64,000 nucleotides of DNA from Eledone cirrhosa (Eukaryota). The DNA lies in contig OZ024742.1 in the NCBI GenBank assembly GCA_964016885.1, positions 275,094,001 through 275,158,000 on the forward strand, read 5' to 3'. The notes below the pieces were generated by a model. The model saw only the letters and a program-made list of their open reading frames with translations. It searched no databases and was not told where the DNA came from. The position numbers were made by a program, and so were the translations under genes. Shown here piece by piece: positions 53,606 through 64,000 of this stretch (its first letter is position 1; each line of letters begins with the position of its first letter).

Positions 53606-53765
53606 TATATATATTTATTGAAAATAACAGATTAAAGTTTAAGCAAAGAATCGCTGCTTTCACCCTTAACGGGATCTTCTGAAACTAAAAAAATCAATCT
53701 GTGAACGCAGAAGTAAATATTTCGAAAAACGTTGCAATTGAAGGAAGACAGGAAATAGATACTTT

Positions 53766-54021
53766 GGTTCGTGGAGACGTTCCCTGGCAAAGAACGGAAA
53801 AAAATCGAGGATAACACGTCACTAGTTGGAGCGGTGAGAACAAGTACACGCAAAGACAAAACCACTTTTATGGTATAAATGAAGTCGTAGACTAATATTC
53901 TATTTAGGCGGTTCGTGGAGACGTTCCCTGGTAATGAACGGAAAACCCGAAGATAATACGCTATTATGTGGAGCGTTGAGAACAATTACACGCAAAGACA
54001 AAACCGCGTTTATGGTATAAA
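53766..54021. repeat. 144-bp-period direct repeat, 2 diverged copies
   Basis: ggttcgtggagacgttccctgg...acacgcaaagacaaaacc...tttatggtataaa at 53766-53879 and 53910-54021. Confidence 0.85.
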
Positions 54022-54053
54022 CACAAAATACACATGAAAAAATATACATATAT

Positions 54054-55734
54054 ATATACAATATATTAACAAATGGAAACTATATTTATAAAACCATATT
54101 TATTTTATTATACATATTTCAAGCGCCACCAAGGCAAATTATGGTGCGCTTCATCAGATAAAATACAATACAGATTAGTTTTATAAATAAATATTGACAT
54201 ACCCTGAGAAAATGCAACCTTAACGGTTGGAGCTTCCTTGATAGTGGAGATATTAGATTTATTTTTATGATTTAGCATGCAAATGAGTGACGGAAAGGTT
54301 TAAATAAGAGTATATTTAAATTAAACCGTTGGAAGAGAGAAAAAAGAAAGAGAAATGGAACTGTTTATATATATTTTTATTGCCAGTGGGAGAGAGTAAA
54401 TTATAATTTATATTTTATATTGTATATTTTTATTTTTCTATATTCTTATATTTTTCAAATGCTTAATATATATATATATCCAAATGTTTATATATATATG
54501 ATAAACAGTGATTTTTTATGTCTATATGGTATAACCTAAAATGTATACTTTAAATATATTTTATAAATATATTCTTATGAAAAGGTTTTTTGTGCTTTAT
54601 GCTTTAAATATATTCTTATGAAAATTTTAAATGTTATAATTTTAATATGTTGTGACTTTATAGCAAGTAAATTTATGTTTTAACTGTTATAACTTTATAA
54701 CAGGTAAATTCATGAATTTATAAATTTATGACTTCGTATAAAATAACATAAGATTCATATTCTAATAACATTCTTAAGATAGAAAATTTAACTTTTTAAC
54801 TTTTTAACTTTTTAACTTTTTAACTTTTTAACCTTATAGCATTTAATCCTTAGAGTCATCTGAGTTATTAATAAATCACTAATAACTTCCTTTACGCTGT
54901 ACTGCTATTATAATACAAATAAGGAGTTATTCTTCTGTAAACTCTCGGAATTTCCATAAATTTAGAATTATTTGAATACTTTAAATTTTTAACTTACAAT
55001 TTTTTAATAATTAATAATTAAAAATAATATATATATATTTTATTATAATAATAATATATATGTTTTATAATAATAATATATATTTTTTAATAATATATAA
55101 TAGTTTTTAATTTTTAATTTTTTAATAATCTAACATACACATTTAAACTAATTATTAAACTATTAAATTATTAATTAAACATTTAATCAAATTTATTAAT
55201 TAAACCTTTGATAACATTTTTTCAACCTACCATTATAATAATCCTGCTATATTATCCATCCTGCTGTATTATTATTCATCCAAGCTGTATTCGTTTTCTT
55301 CGCTTCTTCTTTCCTCTCACGTAAAGAAACTTACGCTATAATTGTCCTTATAACTAATATTTTCTCTCACTTAAATATAATCACGTTTACTCTCTCCCAC
55401 TGGCAAAAAAATATATATATAAACAATTCTTTTTCTCGTTCTTTTTTCTCTCTTCCAACGGTTTAATTTAAATATACTCTTATTTAAACTTTTCCGATAA
55501 TCATTTGCATACTAAATCATAACAATAAATCTAATATCTCCACTATCAAGGAAGCTCCAACCGTTAAGGTTGCATTTTTTCAGGGTATGTCAATATTTAT
55601 TTATAAAACTAATCTGTATTGTATTTTATCTGATGAAAGCGCACCATAATTTGCCTTGGTGGCCCTTGAAATATGTATAATAAAATAAATATGGTTTTAT
55701 AAATATAGTTTCCATTTGTTAATGTATTGTATAT
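54054..55734. mobile_element. Non-coding fold-back PLE derivative: ~347-bp inverted arms, ~985-bp AT-rich spacer, HHR in each arm
   Basis: 54054-54400 is approximately the reverse complement of 55386-55734. HHRs at 54101-54165(-) and 55622-55687(+): tattttat CTGATGA (a)agcgcacca..tggtggc(g/c)ctt GAAA tatgta TA ataaaata. Arms are homologous to the PLE 3' end at 23110-23362. Confidence 0.9.
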
Positions 55735-55832
55735 TTACTCCAATAATTTGTTGAGCGCTTTATATCAGTTATAAAAATATTTTTAGCTTGTTGTATCCCA
55801 ACAAATTAAATATAACCTCTGCATATATATAA

Positions 55833-55882
<50 letters not shown>

Positions 55883-56108
55883 ATATATGTATGTACTTAT
55901 ATATATGTGTATATATAAATGTACATATATAAATATATATATATGTGTGTGTGTTGTGCTTACGTATGTTTGCGTCTATATACATATATATATGTATATA
56001 TGTATATATATAAATCTATGTTAAATATTTTCCATATTGACGTTATTGTCACTTATATATTATGAAATACTGTTGGCCTCTTGCTCACATTAATTTCTCT
56101 ATTTTCAT

Positions 56109-56151
<43 letters not shown>

Positions 56152-56344
56152 GAAGGAAGGGGGGTAAGGAACCAGATGGAACATAACGCACCAGAGTACT
56201 CAATACTTAGGGTAATAGAGTAGGTAATAGTAAAATGTTCAAGACCCCTACGGCAGAGCTCAACCCGTTTCGACGACTATTTCTGGACTCCAGAAATAGA
56301 CATCCAAACGGCTTGAGCCGTCAGGGTCTTGAACATTTTCATAT

Positions 56345-56383
<39 letters not shown>

Positions 56384-57268
56384 AGAGGGATGACTACAGA
56401 TATAACTATATGTGTTCCAATTGCAAATGACCAAGTTAGCTAGGTTGAAAAATACTAATTTAAAATAATATGGCTTGCCTGACTCGATTTAACATAATAA
56501 ATCAATAAAAATAACAAACCTATACATGGCAAATAGCCTATGATACTCGGACAGACATGAATCTGTTTCGCACGAATTATTAAGTGAAAGCCAGAATTCC
56601 TGTGCTCTTCTGCGGGTATCCAGGAAAATTCGTACCTTTCACTTCAAAGATCTAAGAGGACTGAACGATACGCTGATACAAACGCACATATTTCACCGCC
56701 TAACGTGTCCCATACTCATGCTGCTAAAAATATCAGCTGGGTTTATGAGACTAAAGTTAGTTCTACATACATACGGAGCCGAGAATATCATAGATTGAGT
56801 TAGAAACTCAAAATAGTCTTTTCCAATTAAATAGTTCAAAGAAGGGAATATTTCCGAACCGTGTAATATAATGGGAAATATGAGAAGGATGAACACCAGC
56901 GCATCGTTCAGTCTTCTTAGATCCTTTGAAGTAAAAGATACGAATTTTCCTGGATACCCGCGGAATAATTCACTTAATAATTCTTGTGAAACAGATTCAT
57001 GTCTGTCCGGGTATCATAGGCTATTTGCCGATATAGGCTTGTTATTCTTATTGACTTATTATGTTAAATCGAGTCAGGCAAACCACATTGTTTTAAATTA
57101 GTATTTTTCAACCTAGCTAATTTGATCATTTGCAATTGGAACACATGTATAGTTATATCTGTGTTCATCCCTCTCATATATCCAATTATATTACATGGCT
57201 TGGAAAGATTCCCTTCTTTGAGGTATTTAATTGTAAAAGACTATTTCGCGTTTCTAACTCAATCTATG

Positions 57269-57272
<4 letters not shown>
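56384..57272. repeat. Complex inverted-repeat element (permuted arms); related to 39246-39655
   Basis: 56384-56675 is approximately the reverse complement of 56897-57174, and 56786-56896 of 57161-57271. aaactcaaaatagtc..ccgtgtaatataat is shared with 39247-39315. Confidence 0.75.
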
Positions 57273-57300
<28 letters not shown>

Positions 57301-57387
57301 TGTTATGCTTTGGGAGGGTCATGTTGCCAATAAGAAACACAGGCACCAGCTGCTTTCACTTCAATTTATTATAAATTAAATTTATAA

Positions 57388-57428
<41 letters not shown>

Positions 57429-57913
57429 CGTGTGTGTGTGTGTGTATGTATGTGTATGAATATATAAAATAATATATATATATTGTATGTGTGTATATAT
57501 ATATATGTATTCGTGTGTATATATATATATGTATTCGTGTGTATATATACGTATATGTGTGTGTTTGTGCAAGTGTGTGGGAGTTAAGGCACATGTGTGT
57601 CTGTGTGTGTGGCTGTGTTTGTAGGCACCTGACCATTAGCCATTGTTAGTTTAAGTGAACCTTAAAAATCAGGAGTGGCACTCCCAGTGTGAACCTGTCT
57701 ATAGAACTTTTTGTGCCAATATTACTCTAAATATAGTCTTTAAAGAATTCCCTTTTCTTTAGATCCATGACAAATGGCCTCCACCCATCCAAATCACCAC
57801 CCTCTCCTACCAAAAGAAAAGATATAAATATCACTACATTACTTGGACAGTCGGCTTCCTAATGATTTCTCTTGAATAAAACAGTTCTAGTCTTGTAGAA
57901 GCCATTTCTATAG

Positions 57914-57945
<32 letters not shown>

Positions 57946-57950
<5 letters not shown>

Positions 57951-58510
57951 GACGTAAAATAAGAAAATTATAAAAATTAACTTACTTACTAAAATTTCAC
58001 TCAAACTAATTAGTTTCTGAAAGGTAATAAACATGGTTTCCGAAGAAACGCACGGAGCAATCCTTTCGTCATCAGGGAAGTCTATTCTCAGCTAAGTTTC
58101 CAGGCAATGCGTGGACACAGGGAACTTATACAAAAATAATTCAGTGGATGGAAAAAAGCAAAGCGTGGACTAAGTTCCAAGACATTGAAAAAATCACTGC
58201 CATCTCGGTCGGTGGCAAATTCAAAAGAATCAATCACGTGATATCGACGTTAATCAGTGAGGAGTGGTGTGTTAAGAAGACAGCAGCCGAACCATTACTA
58301 TGAACTATAGTAGCAGTTTTGGCAAATTTTTGCTCAACAAAATAATTTGGAGATAATTATAAAGTATTAGTATATCTACTAACATATATATACAGATGCA
58401 TACCTATGCTAGCAAATATATAGGTTTTGTCTTAGTAACTTTGTGGTTCAATGCAAGGGGATGCAGAACAATAATATGAAAGACGTAAAATAAGAAAATT
58501 ATAAAAAATT
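57946..58510 (-). mobile_element. Diverged ~531-bp monomer of the 555-bp HHR repeat with ~32-bp terminal redundancy; HHR at 58000-58079
   Basis: The reverse complement aligns along the unit (gcattgcctgga.actt.gctgagaatagac, gttctgcatcc..tgcattgaaccac, gttagtagatata, cacgtgattgattctt). tgaaagacgtaaaataagaaaattataaaaa occurs at both 57946 and 58477. Confidence 0.88.
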
Positions 58511-58578
58511 ATATATATATTAAAATAACAGATTAAAGTTTAAGCAAAGAATCTCTGCTTTCACCCTTAACGGGATCT

Positions 58579-58682
<104 letters not shown>

Positions 58683-58895
58683 TTTATTTACCATAAAGAG
58701 GCATAAAAAGAAATGACAAATACAAAGGGGGAGTTTACATAAAACCGAGTAAAAAGGGTATAAAATGAAAATAATCGAAAACAACCTCAAAAGGGAGGGG
58801 ACGTGATGGGGGTTGCACACACCCCCGAAAAAGTGTGCAATCCTTTGCCCGGGGAGCACATGGAGAAGGTGCTCCCCTCTCCTTCACTTCTTTAC

Positions 58896-61800
58896 CTACA
58901 GGATGGTATACAGAGAAGGCCCATTTACACGACCCATTCTCGCCACTATCACCCACCTTTCATAAAACTGCCCGTGGCCAAGCACCTCTCTCTCCATTCT
59001 TATCCTTCTTCCGAAGTGATATCGGAAGAAGTAGACCAGACTATGGCCAGAGAGGAAGTTGCCTGACCTCAGACCTTTCAATCGTGTCCACCAAATAACC
59101 TCTTTCAACATGGCTATTACGCACAGAAAAACCGCCTTTGCTTCCTTTGTGAAAAGGGGAGGCAGCTTGATTGTCATCACGGATTCGGCGGTCAATCGAA
59201 TCGGCGCCACCCGTTCGGCGTAGCCCCACAGATCAGCCACGCCCGGACATTGCACCAATGCGTGCGCAACGGTTTCTTCGTGACGCACGCATCTAGGGTA
59301 AATCTTTTTCGAGGGATCCCTGCCCAGGCGCCCGTGTATGTAGAGCCTCTCTCGAACGGGTAGAGCCCCCCGGTAGCACTGCCAGGCCAGTGACTTCTGG
59401 AAGTTGTCCATTGGTCCCGGGCCGAAAGTCCTACCGAACAGGCTGGCCAGTTCGTCCTCTTCCATGTCCAGCGACTCTCCAAGGGTGTCATCGCCCCTGC
59501 TAGCCACCAGCCCTCTATAGAATGACGAGGTGGATTCTCCACCGATGGCCGGGTCCGCTTGCCAGAGAGCCCTGAGCGCCTGGGCACACTCAGTGTGCCA
59601 GTCGCCCAGTTTTCCGGATCTTTGCTTGACCCAGGACTGCAGCTCGGTGAGCGAGACGAGTCTCGGAAAGGCTCGTCTCACGAACGGAGCCCACACCGGT
59701 TGACTAGTGAGCAATACCTGTAGGTGCCGTAGCCTTAATGCGTGCCTACGCATCATCAACCACGGCATCCCCAGCCCTCCTTTCGAAGGTTGTTGGCAGC
59801 AGATGGATCTTCTCACCATAGGAGGGCGCTTTTTCCAAAGAAATTGAAAGAGCATGCGTTCCATGGTGGTGAGTGTTTCCTTAGGGCAAGGCACGACAGT
59901 CAGGCGGTAGTAGGTGACGGACGCTAAGTAAATGTTCGCCACCTCCGCCCGACCTTTCAGGGACAGCTTACACTTGGCCCATTTCTGGGTCAGTGCAAAC
60001 ACCTTGCTCGTAACCTCGCCCCAGTTATTTTCCACCTGGAGGTCCGGTCCAAACCTGACCCCAAGAAACTTCACCGGGCCCTCCGTCCAGTGTCCGACGA
60101 CACCGTCGGGAGGCATCGGTCTGCCTCTCCACGTTCCGAGTTGCAGCCCGATGGATTTTTCCCGGTTCAGTTTCGCTCCTGACAACCTTTCGTATTCCTC
60201 CAGTAAGGTGCCGATCGCCTCGATCTCCGAGTCGGTCGATACCATTACTGTTACGTCATCGGCGTAGGCCGACACCGCTTTGCTCAATCCTGGTTCCAGG
60301 GGGATCACCTGCAACAACTCCAACTTCCTCAGTAAAGGCTCGAGAGTCAATACGTACAGAAGGGAGGAGAGAGGGCACCCCTGTCGAATGGATCGTGTGA
60401 TTTCGAACGGCTTCGAAAGGTAGCCGTTCACCTTGATCCTAGAACAGATGTGGTTGCTATGTAAGGCAGTGATCCAGCCTCCGAAAAAAGGGGCTGAACC
60501 CAGCCGCCGCAAGCACCGCATCCAGGTAACCATGGTCGGCCCTATCGAACGCCTTAGACTGATCCAAGTTGATCAGGGCCCCACCGAAGCCGGGTTTGTT
60601 GCCAACCCTCTCTATGATGTATCGCATGAGGTGGAGGTTGTCGTGAATGGACCTAGATGGGATAGCACATGTCTGCGCATCTCCCACCAGGCTACTCACA
60701 AGCGCCAACCTCTTTGCTAACACCTTGGTCAAAATCTTTAACTCTGTGTTTAGCAGGGTTATGGGCCGAAAATTATTTATACTATCCCCCTTGTTCTCGT
60801 CCTTCCTCACCAGCGAGACTACGCCCTTGGCTACAGAACAAGGAATTCTCCCGTTCTGCTGCCAATTGCAGTAGACTGCTTCGAGGAGTTCGGAGAAGAA
60901 GACCGGCATTGCCAAATAAAGTTCGTAAGGTATACCATCGAGACCTGGAGATTTGCGTTTGCTGCATTGGCTCAGCGCATCCCCGATCTCATCAGCCGAG
61001 ATTGGTCCCTCGCAGGATTCTGCCTCTTCGCTCGAGAGACGCGGCAGGCCGTCGAGGTATGGACCGAAATCCACGTCTCCGCCCGGACCCCCGCCTCCCC
61101 CGAACAATCGGGCAAAGTGCCTTTGAAAGGCCTCGTACATCTGCTTAGGCTCCCGGATCACCCGCCCATCCTCGTCTTGCAAAGACCGGATGGTGGATCG
61201 ATTTCCACTCTTAGCTTCTGTTACGCGGGCCCAGCCAACGGATTTGGCCCCCTCATTACCTAGAGCACGTATTTTACTTCGAATGACGCAGCCTTCGTGC
61301 TTTGCATCGAAAACCTGGCTCAAGGCCGTCCTCGATGCCAGCACTCTGGCCACATCTTCGCTCTTGATTGCCTCTTCTAATTTACCTGTTAATTCTTTCT
61401 CGTTCCTATTCCTATCGGCAGCTAACATCTTGCTATAACTTATTGATTCTGTTCTAATCTCTCTTTTGAGAGATGCCCACCATCGGTTGTTGACGATTGC
61501 ACCCGTCAACCTCTCCTTAACTAATCTGCTAATTCGGTCTCTGTAAGCCTCTTTTGCCGGTAAAGACAAATTAAGTTTCCAGTAACCGGGACCCTGTCTA
61601 TGTGTTCTCTCAAGGTTGACTACGCAGGTCACTAATTTGTGATCTGTATAGCCAACCGTGAGCATTTCTGGACAGCTTAATATGTCCCTATCCTTACTTC
61701 TAACTAAGAATCTATCTAAGTACGATCTAGATTGCCCACTATGGTTCGTCCAAGTCCAGGTTGGCACAGTTGGAAAATCTAGTCGATATCTATCGACCAA

Positions 61801-62327
61801 GTTAAAACGATCGAGTAACCCTTGAGGCTGTTACCCCCCCCCCCCCCCCCTCTATTAGGACATGCTCCTGCATAGTCCCAACGTGCATCTAGGATGTCAT
61901 TCCAGTCCCCCGTTAGAAGCAGGGAACGCGACGTTCCCAGAAAAGTCTCCAGACGCTGGAAGCAGTCGGGTCGTTCAGCTCCGAAAGGGGAGTAGACGGA
62001 GACCAGTCTCAAGGCCGCACCTCCACTACTGCCAACGTCTAGCACCAACAAACGACCTTCCGGGTCCGAGTGAACAACCTGTACGGCGAGAGCCAGGTGT
62101 TTTTCCAGCAGTACGACAACCCCACCCCCACCTCCAGGTTGACAGAGAGATGCGTGCACCTCAAAGTCATCGAAGGTAGGGGTCAGCTGCCGCACGACGT
62201 TGATTCGAGTCTCACAGATAACCATTACATTTATACCACGTAACCTGAGGTCATTTAGAAGCTTTGCTTGCTTCCAAGTTGAGCCTAGGCCACATGCATT
62301 CAAACATCCTACTCTTAACACATCCAT
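58896..62327 (-). pseudogene. ORF2 (APE-RT-zinc knuckle) split over three frames
   Basis: CLNACGL, ICET, VYSP, GDWN, SYLDRF, TDHK, GYWKLN, SPGLDG, RPITLLN, LDQSKAFDR, RQGCPLS, AYADD, FLGV, KGGLG, .PRC..ET..H...C. Confidence 0.92.
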
Positions 62328-62360
62328 GTGGGCGGCAAAGCCAAAGGAGAGTGTAGAGAC

Positions 62361-63890
62361 TTACCTTTCTGCTTTCCGGGGTTCGGGTCGCACGACTTCC
62401 ATGGGGTCGGGGGTGTTGGGTGAAGGGGTGTCTTGTGGTGGTGTGGGGTCGTCAGTGTGTGGTGGGGTTGGGGTGTATGGAGTTGTGTTGGGGAGGGGAA
62501 GGGGAGGGGGAAAGCTTTTTATGAGGACGCGGTTTATGGGTTTGACAGAGGGTGGTCCTACGTCCTCCTTAAAATCCTTTTTTAGTTTTTGGTAGAGGTT
62601 CATTGGGATCTTTATTAATTTTAAATGTGGGTAGTTTTCTGAAGAAACAAAGTTTACCCCTTCGGTTTGTACCGAAGGATTATTGTTTATGAGTTCATTT
62701 AATTTATTATTGTTTCTGTTGATGTAAGTATAGTGTAATGTCTTTTTTTCGGATGGTGTGAGTGTTTCGAAGAGGGGAGGGGCAGGTTTGGTTTTGTTTG
62801 TTGCTGGAGGGGTGTTTTGTGTTTTGTTGGATTGTGTTGACATTTGGGTAGGGGTTGTTTAGCCTTGTGTGTTTTGCACATGTTTTCTTTTTTTCCTTTT
62901 GATCTGTCTGAAGGACTCCGTTTCTTCCTCCGAATTCGTTGGGTTATCTTCAGTGTTGGAGGGAAGAGGTATGTTTGCTGGTAATGTTTCCGTGTTGGTT
63001 TTCTTTGTGGGGGAGATGGATGTCACTATGTTAGACTGTGTTGTGTGTTTTGGCTGCGGTGGTTGTGTTGTTTTATTGAGTGAGGGGTTGGGTGGGACTG
63101 TGTTTTGTTTTTGGGTAATGTGTTGTGTCTGTTTATGTTGTGGTGGTGGTGTAGTGTTACTGAGGGTCGGGTTGGGTGGGACTGAGTTTTGTTGTTTGTT
63201 TATCTGTTGTGGTGGTGGTGGAGCTGGTGTTGGTAGTAGGGTTTTCTTCTTGTTGAGTTGGGGACAAGCCGCCTTCAGGTGCCCTCTGCCTGCACAGATA
63301 TGACAGGACGGCCTTCTCCCCTCCACGCTAATGTTTATATACCCGTGGCCCTCTAATAGGATTCTGTCGGGTATTTGGGCAATGCGTTCAGGCTTCATTT
63401 GCACTACAAGTTCTATACCTGTTCCACTGAACGCATTGCCTATGGTTTTCCCAATGGAAATCACGTTGTCATTCGCTGGATCGATGAAGCCAGCTATGAG
63501 CCAGCAGTAGTCCACATCTGGCATCATCGCATCCAACCATATGCGCTGAGTTCTTTTACCCATATAAGATGGATAAAAGGTAAAATTTGTCGAACGAATC
63601 GGTGACAAAGCATATTTTTTTGCCGCTGATTCGTTCTTCATAATAATCGCTAGGCTTCCATACAGCCTGTCTCTTCTTATGAAAGTGGCTTCATTAAGTA
63701 CTTCTGTAAGTACTGCTTTAATTTCTGCTTGTGTTGGTTGTTGAGGTTTTTTTGAGATGTTGTTGATGGTGCGGAAAACGACAGTCCGACTTTCAATATC
63801 TTTGGTGAGATCTTGGGGCATTTTTACCGATAAGATTCCATTTTCCCCTTGAGTTATGTATTGTTTGGCGTTTTTTATTCTTTGTGCCAC
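62361..63890 (-). pseudogene. ORF1 gag-like protein with CCHC knuckle and Pro/Thr/Gln-rich tail (one frameshift near 62860)
   Basis: VEGRRPSCHICAGRGHLKAAC in ORF 62859-63890; the low-complexity continuation 62361-62843 ends just before ORF2. Confidence 0.8.
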
Positions 63891-64000
63891 ATCTGAAATA
63901 TTTTCAGGTATATATGTTAAAGATTTCTTTGTTGTTTGTGAAAATGAAATATTATTGGTGTTGACTTTGTCGTCTGCTTTGCTTTCTGTTATGATGTTGT

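Overview
This is eukaryotic, apparently gene-free DNA made almost entirely of transposable elements nested in (TA)n/(CA)n/(GA)n/(GATA)n microsatellites. The SINE/RTE tails and microsatellite load suggest a cephalopod such as Octopus, but that is inference. I see no host gene, CRISPR, rRNA or true tRNA. Contents: about 10 decayed Penelope-like elements (PLEs; RT plus C-terminal GIY-YIG), a decayed Gypsy provirus, a small non-autonomous LTR element with a perfect tRNA-Trp PBS, an intact 1039-aa RTE-type LINE ORF with an internal PHD-like finger, a frameshifted Tx1/L1-type LINE, an internally deleted Helitron, a mariner end and tRNA-derived SINEs. The main hidden signal is roughly 25-28 type I hammerhead ribozyme (HHR) motifs, read by eye, from many unrelated sequence families. 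They occur in three architectures: (i) 3' ends of PLEs; (ii) fold-back elements with an outward-facing HHR in each arm; (iii) a non-coding 555-bp head-to-tail array with one intact HHR per unit (34831-36134). The array has a diverged, stem-covarying relative at 57946-58510 and is a candidate retrozyme/circular-RNA system. All structures were read manually, so coordinates are approximate to a few bases.
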